DNA of 12,291 nt from Octopus sinensis. Lineage: Eukaryota. Numbering within the stretch: the stretch's first letter is position 1; each line of letters starts with the position of its first letter. Positions 1 to 8,194 of this stretch are shown in pieces. The notes under the pieces were generated by a model that saw only the letters and a list, made by a program, of their open reading frames with translations, did not search any database and was not told the DNA's origin. A program made the position numbers and the translations under genes. Location of the stretch: positions 1 through 12,291 of the forward strand of contig NW_021826589.1 in NCBI RefSeq assembly GCF_006345805.1. Reading direction: 5' to 3'.

Positions 1-1465
1 TCCCCACCTTCGCTCCAGAGTTTTAGCTGTTTCAGTCTATCCCAGAGCTGAGCTGTTGCAGTGGGATGTTCATTTTTGTGTAGATTCGATGAATTGCTTC
101 AAGATCCGCCTCTAAATTTTACACTGTAGGTTGACCATAGTTGGGAGCAATAATCCAGGCACTGAAGACGAATATCCCCAGAGGATCATCATGATTTCTT
201 TCTCTTTGGTTCTGAAGTTTCTCAGGATCCAGCCAGCCAGCCGCCTGCACTTTGTTGCTATCTTGGTAATATGCACTTTGAAAGAGGTATCATCACCCAT
301 GTCGATACCCAGACCTTGCACTGATTTAGGTTCTGGGATTGTAATCCCCTCGGGTCAGTGTACCTTGTATGTTTTTCGCTCAATATTGGGGGCTGGTAGC
401 GCAGGGCTTGGAATTTCCCAGCATCAAACTGCATACTATTGACATCAGCCTGTCGGTAAATTGCGCCCAACTCCTGCTGCAGGTATGCAACAGCGCTAGG
501 GTTTTGTACTTTCTGCGAGACTTTTTGTCTTCTGTGTTGCTAGCAAGGGAAGCTGATGTCTTATCTGAGAGGGCCACTATGAAAAGCAGTCGTGGTAAGA
601 CAGTGCCATGTGGAACACCAATTACTATTTGTGTTTCCTTTGGGGTAGCACCATTGGCCACGACTGCCTGACTTCTGCCTTTCAGAAAGACATGTAACCA
701 TTCTCCAAGTTTTCTAGCTAATTCAAGGATCTCGCAGTTTGTGGCATATCACACCATGATCAACTTCGTCAAAAGCCTTTTCAAAATCAAGGTATATTAC
801 TTCCACATTTGAGTTGTGGAATATCTGCTTCAACGCCCAGTCATAGTGCTATAGGAGCTGGTTCAAGCGGCTCCTACGTGGTCCAAAACCATGCTGGATA
901 TCACTCAGCTTGTCGTTTTCTTCAAGGAATGTGATGAGTTTCCCTCTGGCTATTCGTTCCTTGACTTTGCTGATATGTGAAGTCAGAGAGATAGGCCTTT
1001 AGGTTTTGGCTTCAACTCTGCTTCCTCCTTTGTGGATTAGGCATATTCCCTCCTTCAGTTTGCATTGCAGCTTGCCATTCGTAAGAAAACTGTGGAAGAA
1101 AATCTGTAGTCGTTTTACCAGGGTGCGTTTGCACGATTTGAAGAGGATTGCTGGGAAACCCTCAGAGAAAGCAGTTCAGTTTGTGTCCAACTCATCTATG
1201 GCTAGTGTTAGCTAGTGTTATATCTTTTTCCCCAATGTCGATGAAATCTATCGTAACTGGCTCCCTGGTTGTAGATGAGGCGGCAAAGAGATCCAGTGGT
1301 TCGTTCACTTATCTGTGTTCCATCGGGGTAGTAAAGACACTTTTGAACTGGTCATTCAATACTTCACTGATCCTGGTTGGTTATCTGTGAGGGAGCCGTC
1401 TTTTTGGAAGAGGACCTATTTTGCAGTGTACTGAGGCCGTTTCTTTGGCATAATGAAAGCCTTTG
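1..1465 (-). mobile_element. Degenerate, 5'-truncated LINE ORF2 (reverse transcriptase and C-terminal region), CR1/L2 group; runs off the left edge of the window
   Basis: Minus-strand translation across stops and frameshifts gives ordered RT motifs: SEVLNDQFKSVFTTP (~1315-1360), RPISLTSHISKV (963-998), QHGF (885-896), YLDFEKAFDEVDH (756-794), GVPHGTVL (596-619), NTED at the YADD position (527-538), then MQFDAGKFQALRY, LGIDMGDDTSF, GWILRNF and WDRLKQLKL near base 1. No endonuclease domain is seen. Clade assignment is by motif style only. Confidence 0.9.
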
Positions 1466-1527
1466 GGTTTGACTTGTGTTATAACACATGCGGTCACACA
1501 CACACATATATATAGTTAATGATAATG

Positions 1528-1528
<1 letters not shown>

Positions 1529-1587
<59 letters not shown>

Positions 1588-1588
1588 A
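1529..1588. repeat. (TA)n microsatellite, preceded by short (CA)n at ~1496-1506
   Basis: Directly visible dinucleotide run. Confidence 0.95.
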
Positions 1589-1590
1589 TA

Positions 1591-1973
1591 GCGCGCAAGG
1601 CGTAGATGATTGTAAGAAGCTTGCTTCCCAACCACGTGGTTCCGGGGTCAGTCCCCACTGTTTTTGCACTTTGTATGTCTCTATCTATAGCCTCGGGCCG
1701 ACCAAAGACCTTGTGAGTGGATTTGGTAGACGGAAACTGAAAGAAGTTCGGTGTATATATTTGTGCATTTGTACCTGTGTTTATCCCACTGTAACCATCT
1801 CCTGACAACCGTAACTTAGCGGTTCTGCAAGAGAGACCGATAGAACAAGTACTAGGATTACAATGAGACTTATTAATTACAAATATGTCTTGGGGGTCGA
1901 TTTGTTCGACTAAAGAACCTTAAGGTGGTGTTCCAGCATGGCCGCATCCAAATGACTGAAACGAATAAAAGAA
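1591..1973 (+). mobile_element. tRNA-derived SINE, family A (octopus OR/CORE-like), diverged near-full-length copy
   Basis: Collinear with the reverse complement of 2727-3140 (shared TATAGCCTCGGGCCGACCAAAG, GTGAGTGGATTTGG, GACGGAAACTGAAAGAA, CCAGCATGGCCGC, AATGACTGAAAC). It has a degenerate tRNA-like head and an A-rich tail. The family name is from memory. Confidence 0.8.
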
Positions 1974-2289
1974 CGTGTGTATGTATAAGAGAGTGTATAT
2001 GTGAGAACAGTGCTTCTTCTCCATAACGAATGTCCTTTCTTAACAGATAAACACACACAGGCAGACAGGCCAGCAGACAGACAGACAGACAGATAAGAGG
2101 AGTGGTAGAAAGAGGCACCGGTCATGATTTCACTCGGGTCATTTATTGCTCTTATCCATCATACTAATCGTCATCGGATAAAGCCGGACTCATTAATAAA
2201 ACATCTTAAAACGATTGCTGCTAACAATGAAGCCTCACAAAGTGCGCGCATTAATAACGCCATCACGTCTTTCCATTGCTTTCCACTCT

Positions 2290-2573
2290 ATCGCTTTCTC
2301 TATCTCTCTGTCTCTCTGTCTCTTTCTATCTCTGATTGACTCTCCCTGCTGTCACGTTCTCCCTCTCTTTCACCTCTCTCTCTCTTTCGCTTCTCTTCCC
2401 CTCTATCTCTCTCTTTCTCTTCTCTTTCACTCCTATTCTTCCACTGCTCTTCTCCGTCTGTTTCTCTCTATATGAAATGTATGCGCAAGTGTATGAATGT
2501 GTTGATGTGTTTTTTCTTAGTGCGGTGTGTCTTTGAGTATGTGCGTGTGTGTGTGCGTGCGTGTGTGCGTGGG

Positions 2574-2632
<59 letters not shown>

Positions 2633-2661
2633 GTATATGTATATATATATGCATATGTATA

Positions 2662-2713
<52 letters not shown>

Positions 2714-2726
2714 CACACATATATAT
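2290..2726. repeat. Compound low-complexity tract: (CT)n-rich, then (TG)n/(TA)n/(TATATG)n
   Basis: Directly visible; explains the overlapping YI/CV-repeat ORFs. Confidence 0.9.
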
Positions 2727-2931
2727 TCTTTTAATTGTTTCAGTCATTTGAGCGCGGCCGTGCTGGAGCACGCCTTTGGTCGAGCAAATCGGTCCCAGAA
2801 CTAATTCTTTGTAAGCCTATCACTTGTTCTATCCGTCTCTTTTGCCGAACTGCTAAGTTACACGGACGTAAACACACCAACGTCGGTTGTCAAGCGATAG
2901 TGGCGGATAAACACAGTCACACAAACATATG

Positions 2932-2962
<31 letters not shown>

Positions 2963-3140
2963 CACACATATATATATATACGACGGGTTTCTTTCAGTTT
3001 CCGTCAACCAAATCCACTCACAAGGCTTTGGTCGGCCCGAGGCTATAATAGAAACACTTTCCCAAGAAGCCACGCAGTGGAACTGAACCCAAAACCATGT
3101 GGTTGGCAAGCAAGCTACTTACCACACAACCAACGCATGC
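2727..3140 (-). mobile_element. tRNA-derived SINE, family A, full-length copy with internal (TG)n/(TA)n
   Basis: Minus strand reads GTTGTGTGGTAAG (A-box-like) ... GGGTTCAGTTCC (B-box-like) ... CTTGGGAAAGTGTTTC (CORE-like) ... GACTGAAACAATTAAAAGA tail; homologous to 1591-1973. Confidence 0.85.
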
Positions 3141-3254
3141 ATACATATATGTAGGTGTGTATATGTGTGTGTACATATGTATCTCCGTTTAAATATGTAT
3201 GTGTGTGATCGCGTTTCTCAAAGTTATGTGTATGTATGCATGTAATTTCGTTTT

Positions 3255-3281
3255 CTTATGTATGTATATATATATATATAT

Positions 3282-3313
<32 letters not shown>
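3255..3313. repeat. (TA)n microsatellite
   Basis: Directly visible. Confidence 0.95.
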
Positions 3314-3314
<1 letters not shown>

Positions 3315-3485
3315 CACTCATACCTGCTCATACATGCCCATACATACCTATATTCATAGGTATGTAAAAAATGGATCTACAAATTCAATATCCCTACATA
3401 TCTTACATCTATTTTCTTTCCTCCACCTCACTCTCTATTTTGTATCCTATCTAAATTAACCATCGCTTAACCATCCTCTCGCGCC

Positions 3486-3538
3486 GTCTCCGATGAAGGA
3501 ATATAATTAACTAAATATCCTGGAAACAGCTGTAAGAC
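3486..3538 (+). ncRNA. Minimal type-I hammerhead-ribozyme-like motif (Penelope-like-element style)
   Basis: GTCT | CCGATGA | AGGA(A)TAT-loop-ATATCCT | G | GAAA | CAGCTG | TA | AGAC. Helix I is GTCT/AGAC, helix II has 7 bp, helix III is reduced to a palindrome (ACAGCTGT), and the cleavage triplet is GUA. Deviations: U4 is C, and there is one extra G before GAAA. Confidence 0.6.
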
Positions 3539-3594
3539 CTTCTACCTATAAATGTTCTAATATCTACACACCCTTGGTTTTTACGCAAAAAATT

Positions 3595-3597
<3 letters not shown>

Positions 3598-3626
<29 letters not shown>
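3598..3626. repeat. (TA)n microsatellite between the hammerhead-bearing segment and the foldback
   Basis: Directly visible. Confidence 0.9.
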
Positions 3627-3628
3627 AA

Positions 3629-3866
3629 CAATTGCAGCGTGGAAGGTGTTTATAAGCCGTTTCAGAAACACACAAAAACCGTTAGATTCACTTCAACATT
3701 TAAATTTAATTCGTCAAAATATTTTCGTCGCTTTGAGACCGCGACCTGTTCACTGACAAAATTCCGTATTCCATATTTTGGCAAATTAAATTTAAATGTT
3801 GAAGTGAATCAAAGGGTTTTTAGGTGTTTCTTAAATGGCTTATAAACACCTTCCACGCTGCAATTG
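3629..3866. repeat. Foldback inverted repeat: 92-bp arms (3629-3720 / 3775-3866) with a 54-bp loop; MITE-like or inverted Penelope pseudo-LTR
   Basis: Manual alignment of the left arm with the reverse complement of the right arm gives 84/92 identities and no gaps. Confidence 0.9.
3713..3757 (-). ncRNA. Second minimal hammerhead-like motif with G3:C8 core variant
   Basis: Minus strand: GTCA | GTGAACA | G | GTCGC-ggtctcaaa-GCGAC | GAAA | ATAT | TT | TGAC. Helix I is GTCA/TGAC (extendable to ~9 bp), helix II has 5 bp, and helix III is the palindrome AATATT. The core differs from CUGANGA only at positions 3 and 8. Confidence 0.45.
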
Positions 3867-3923
3867 CTTTCGTTCCAGCACACGATCTCAGATCAGGTCA
3901 CTTGCTATGCAAGTACATCTCCG

Positions 3924-3925
<2 letters not shown>

Positions 3926-3992
<67 letters not shown>

Positions 3993-4117
3993 GTTTGTGT
4001 GTATGTATATGTATGTATATTTGCATATATGTATGCATTTTATTTATGCATGTGTCAGTTTACCTGAAAGATGTGCATTTCTCTTAGTGTTGAATATAAG
4101 TGTATATATATATATGA

Positions 4118-4148
<31 letters not shown>

Positions 4149-4250
4149 GTGTGTGTGTTATGTATGTATGTATGTGTTGTATGTATGTATGTATGTATGT
4201 ATGTATGTATGTATGTATGTGTGTATGTATGTATGTATGTATGTATGTAC
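3926..4250. repeat. (TA)n followed by (TATG)n tetranucleotide arrays
   Basis: Directly visible. Confidence 0.95.
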
Positions 4251-4599
4251 GGATATGTGTTTAAGTGATGTCTACTTATGTATTTGCGTATGTGTGTGCG
4301 TGTTTCTCTAAGAGATGTATGCGTAAATGCAGATGGCGCTTTGCAATATCAGTCATAAGAGCAGCATCCATGATTCAATACCTCAGCTTCCGCGTTGAAA
4401 GATCAGAGATTACAAAACAAAACAACAATGCATCTTATTCAAAGAAACAAAAGCTACCATGAAGATGTACACTGGGAGAAGAATCACAACCCATAAAAAG
4501 CTCTGCAAATCTACTGCTGCTGCTGCTGCTAACGCTGCTGCTGCTAATGTTGCTGTCGAAAAACGAATATCAATGATGATCCGGATGATTTTATAAAAG

Positions 4600-5157
4600 G
4601 ATAGCGACGACAACGACGACGACGACGATGGCACTGATGATGAAGATGATGCTGATGGGGATGGTGGTGGTGATGATGATGGTGATAAATGATGACGATT
4701 ATGATGATGATGACGATGATGATGATGATGATGATGATGAAGATGATGCTGATGGGGATGGTGGTGGTGGTGATGATGGTGATAAATGATGATGATTATG
4801 ACGATGATGATGATGATGATGGTGGTGGTAGTAAGGATGATGATGATGAAGGTGATGCTGATGGGATGATGGTGGTGATGATGATGATGATGATGATGGT
4901 GGTGATGATGATGATGATGGGATGGTAGTGATGATGATGATGATGGGATGGTAGTGATGATGATGATAATGATGATGAGGATGATGATGGGATGGTGATG
5001 GTGGTGATGATGATGATGATGATGATGTTGATGATGGTGGTGGTGATGATGGTGGTGGTGATGATGATGATGATGATGATAGTAGTGTTGATGATGGATA
5101 CTGATGCTGCTGATGACGATGATAGTGATGGCAATCATGACAATGATGATGATGATT
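4600..5157. repeat. Compound (GAT)n/(GGT)n trinucleotide array, preceded by (GCT)n at ~4513-4545
   Basis: Directly visible; source of the poly-His/Met/Asp ORFs. Confidence 0.95.
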
Positions 5158-5235
5158 AGATATGATTGATCAAAGGGGCAATGATTTCTTTCTTAAGTAA
5201 GGATTTCTTTGCATTAATGAATTTTAGACGAAGAC

Positions 5236-5310
5236 AAGAAGAAGAAGAAGAAGAAGAAGAAGAAGAAGAAGAAGAAGAAGAAGAAGAACAACAACAACAA
5301 CAACAACAAC
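5236..5310. repeat. (GAA)n grading into (CAA)n
   Basis: Directly visible. Confidence 0.95.
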
Positions 5311-5572
5311 ATCGTTAGCACTTACAAATTCTTAATTGTCACAAGGACGCAGAAACGTAATTACTAACAATAATAAAACGAGATTCATAACTAATAAAAC
5401 TGCAATGAAAAGCGGCGCCGGCTTCGGTGGTGGTGGTCGTGGTAGTGATGGTGGTGATGGTGATAGTGGTGGTGGTGGTGGTGGTGGTATATGAATGTAT
5501 ACACAAACATATTCACACACTTGGTCTCATAGACACACAGACACACATATACGTACGTTCATGTCTTTATAT

Positions 5573-5660
5573 TGTGGCACTCCGTCGGTTGCGACGACGA
5601 TGGTTCCAGTTGATCCAGCATGGCCACAGTTTAATGACTGAAACAAGTAAAAGAAAAAGA
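5573..5660. mobile_element. Fused SINE fragments: family C 3' end (minus, 5573-5616) joined to family A 3' tail (plus, 5614-5660)
   Basis: 5581-5616 matches 5771-5806. 5614-5660 (TCCAGCATGGCCACAG..AATGACTGAAACAAGTAAAAG) matches the tail of 1591-1973. Confidence 0.7.
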
Positions 5661-5766
5661 TAAAAGATATATACATACACACACGCGTACATGCGTATAT
5701 ACATATACCTATTCTAAACACTCATATTCATATATATATATATACATACGCACAGACAAGTAACTG

Positions 5767-5835
5767 GTCCTCCGTCGGTTACGATGACGAGCGGTCCAGT
5801 TGATCCAATCAACCGAATAACTTGCTCGTGAAATT
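5767..5835 (-). mobile_element. SINE family C 3' fragment
   Basis: Near-identical to 5581-5616 and extends further. Linking it to the family C heads relies on my recollection of the consensus. Confidence 0.6.
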
Positions 5836-6343
5836 ATTATTATTATTATCAATATCATCATAATCATCATCATAATTATTATTATTATTGGGTGAGAGAG
5901 CAGTGCATGCCATTAAAGTAACACTGGGGTACGATATACGAAGCCCAGTATGCCCATCATGACTACCCGTTTGATAAAGGTACACCAGGCACATGCTTCA
6001 CAACCATATGTGCGCGACATGGTGATCTCATATCAAGATAAACAGCGCATGACATTGGAGGTGGGGGTCCAGTTAGAATTTCCTTCTGGTCGAGTAACTC
6101 ATCTCGCTCGAAAGGTCACTGAATAAGGGTTGTTTAAGGATGTTGGACGAAACATCCATGTTTCCAGAGGTGAATTATCCAAACCCTAAAGAATTACTCT
6201 CAACACATGGTTATGATGCCCCCCTCACTACTTCTGCTCGTGGTCAGACTTGCACATAACGTCAGTCACTAAGGGACATGCTCAACTGATTAAGGTCAAA
6301 CAGCTGACAAGCAAATCTGTGGTATTGAGCATAATATTTGCTG

Positions 6344-6345
<2 letters not shown>
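5833..6345 (-). mobile_element. Non-coding retroposon segment with (AAT)n tail (non-autonomous element or LINE 3' UTR)
   Basis: About 450 bp of balanced-composition sequence without a meaningful ORF, ending on the minus strand in (AAT)n at 5833-5889 and bounded by (TA)n at the other end. I recall it as an abundant octopus repeat; not verified. Confidence 0.45.
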
Positions 6346-6376
<31 letters not shown>

Positions 6377-6406
6377 ATATATATATATAATATATATATG
6401 TATATA

Positions 6407-6470
<64 letters not shown>

Positions 6471-6490
6471 TATTATGTATGTATGTATAT
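6343..6490. repeat. (TA)n-rich microsatellite
   Basis: Directly visible. Confidence 0.95.
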
Positions 6491-6586
6491 AATTGTATTA
6501 AACTGCAAAAGTCTTTACAACTATTACTCAGAGTTTCACGTTACCATTTCTCGGACAGTTGTGATCATACTATATATACATATATA

Positions 6587-6691
6587 TAAAGCATCTTGCT
6601 CGAGGACACAACATTCAGCCCGGTCCGGGAATCGAACTCGCAACTTCCCGAATATAAGCTCAAAGCTCTAACCACCGAACCATGCGCCTTC
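6587..6691 (-). mobile_element. SINE family C 5' part (tRNA-like head plus start of core)
   Basis: Minus strand: TGGTTCGGTGG (A box), GAGTTCGATTCC (B box), then TGTTGTGTCCTCGAGCAAGATGCTTT. Confidence 0.75.
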
Positions 6692-6747
6692 CTCTATAAA
6701 CATACTACATGTTTGTATCATCTATTAACATACTATATTGTTATATA

Positions 6748-7334
6748 AGGGGCTAAACATAGAGGGGACAAACAAGAACAGACAAAGGGATTAAGTCGAT
6801 TACATCGACCCCCAGTGCGTAACTGGTACTTTATTTATCGACCCCGAAAGGATGAAAGGCAAAGTCGACCTCGGCGGAATTTGAACTCAGAAAGGTAACG
6901 ACAGACGAAATACCTATTTCTTTACTATCCACAAGGGGCTAAACACAGAGGGGACAAACAAGGACAGACACACGGATTAAGTCGATTACATCAACCCAAG
7001 TGCAAAACTGCTACTTTATTTATCAACCCCGAAAGGATGAAAGGCAAAGTCGACCTCGGCGGAATTTGAACTCAGAAAGGTAACGACAGACGAAATACCT
7101 ATTTCTTTACTACCCACAAGGGGCTAAACACAGAGGGGACAAACAATTATAGACATACGGATTCAGTCGATTACATCGACCCCAGTACGTAACTGGTACT
7201 TATTTAATCGACTCCGAAAGGATGAAAGGCAAAGTCGACCTCGGTGGAATTTGAACTCAGAACGTAACAGCAGACGAAATACCGTTAAGCATTTCGCCCG
7301 GCGTTGCTAACGATTCTGCCAGCTCGCCGCCTTA
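6748..7334 (-). mobile_element. SINE family B head-to-tail trimer (~185-bp period; one full head plus two headless units); central domain resembles MetaSINE-type cores
   Basis: B box GAGTTCAAATTCC occurs at 6876-6888, 7061-7073 and 7246-7258. The head GGCGGCGAGCTGGCAGAATCG occurs only once, ending at 7331. The core is GCCTTTCATCCTTTCGGGGTCGAT..AAGTACCAG. Flanked by 22-bp direct repeats at 6726-6747 and 7335-7356. Confidence 0.9.
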
Positions 7335-7644
7335 TAACATACTGTATTCTTATATATATCCTACATTTTTACCTTTTGTCCTCAGCCCACTTACAAAGCA
7401 TCTAAATACATACTGTATAATAGATCTACTGTACATTCATATTTTGTTTTCAGTTACGTTCTGCATCTATAAACAAGCCATATACTTATATATACTCTAC
7501 ATCCAGCTTTTATCTTTGTTCCAATTTTTTATGACGATTTCGTTTGTTTTACGACATATTTCCCCAGCTTTAAATTACTTTCTGCTTTTGTCTTTATGTT
7601 ATTGATTTTGTTACTGTTTTCTCTTCGTCTTCATTTATTCGTGC

Positions 7645-7663
7645 AATAATAATAATAATAATG

Positions 7664-7727
<64 letters not shown>

Positions 7728-7736
7728 TAATAACAA
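7645..7736. repeat. (AAT)n microsatellite
   Basis: Directly visible. Confidence 0.95.
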
Positions 7737-7860
7737 TGCAAAGAATAAAAGAACGTTTGTTTGCTCTTCGATTTTTCGTGTCTAAATAATTTTGTTATTC
7801 TTTACTTCTTGAGGAATACTTACCTTCCTCGAATAAACGTCGTCGTCGATGACTTAGTGG

Positions 7861-7861
7861 T

Positions 7862-7895
<34 letters not shown>

Positions 7896-7896
7896 C

Positions 7897-7936
<40 letters not shown>
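7861..7936. repeat. (GCA)n then (GTA)n microsatellites
   Basis: Directly visible. Confidence 0.95.
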
Positions 7937-7944
7937 TAGAATTA

Positions 7945-8028
7945 TTGATGGAGAGTGAGGAATTAAGGCTAATAGTCCGGATATTGTTGTCAGAGATATT
8001 TAAAAAAGTGTTTTGATGTATCGATACC
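7945..8028 (+). mobile_element. Short fragment of a restriction-like endonuclease (RLE) domain from an R4/Dong-type non-LTR element
   Basis: 7959-7997 translates as GIKANSPDIVVRD, matching the (I)KANRPDIV motif that carries the PD of the PD-(D/E)xK site. Confidence 0.6.
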
Positions 8029-8175
8029 ACTGAGTGTGACAAGGCTGGCCTTTTGAAATACAGGTACTAATCATTTTTGCCAGCTGAGTGGACTGGAGCA
8101 ACGTGAAAAAGTCGCCGGGAATTGAATTCACGACCTTAAGATCGCGAACCGAATGCCCTAACCGCTAAGCCATGG
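8029..8175 (-). mobile_element. SINE family C 5' half with internal deletion
   Basis: Minus strand: TGGCTTAGCGGT (A box), GAATTCAATTCC (B box variant), then CACGTTGCTCCAGTCCACTCAGCTGGC. Confidence 0.75.
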
Positions 8176-8194
8176 GGCACAAAAATCTTTTAAG

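Noticed and set aside
2326-4311. Numerous YI/CV/TH-repeat ORFs
   Set aside because: Artefacts of (TA)n, (TG)n and (TATG)n microsatellites.
4310-4510. Non-repetitive stretch as a possible host exon
   Set aside because: No recognisable protein motif in any frame and no convincing paired splice sites; cannot be excluded without RNA-seq.
4410-5138. 242-aa His/Ser/Ile-rich ORF and overlapping poly-Met/Asp ORFs
   Set aside because: These are translations of a (GAT/GGT)n array that lacks stops by composition; there is no domain or splice support.
5163-5177. Overlapping PBX-HOX (TGATTGAT) and TCF/LEF (GATCAAAGG) motifs
   Set aside because: They sit at the edge of a (GAT)n array where such words arise by single mutations; there is no independent support.
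6587-6691. Possible tRNA genes here and at 8029-8175, 11221-11430 and the family B heads
   Set aside because: A/B boxes are present but I could not fold an intact cloverleaf, and each continues into SINE core sequence.
6748-7334. Regular ~185-bp repeats as a possible CRISPR array or satellite
   Set aside because: The units are entirely homologous with no unique spacers, and they match dispersed SINE copies at 9221-10125.
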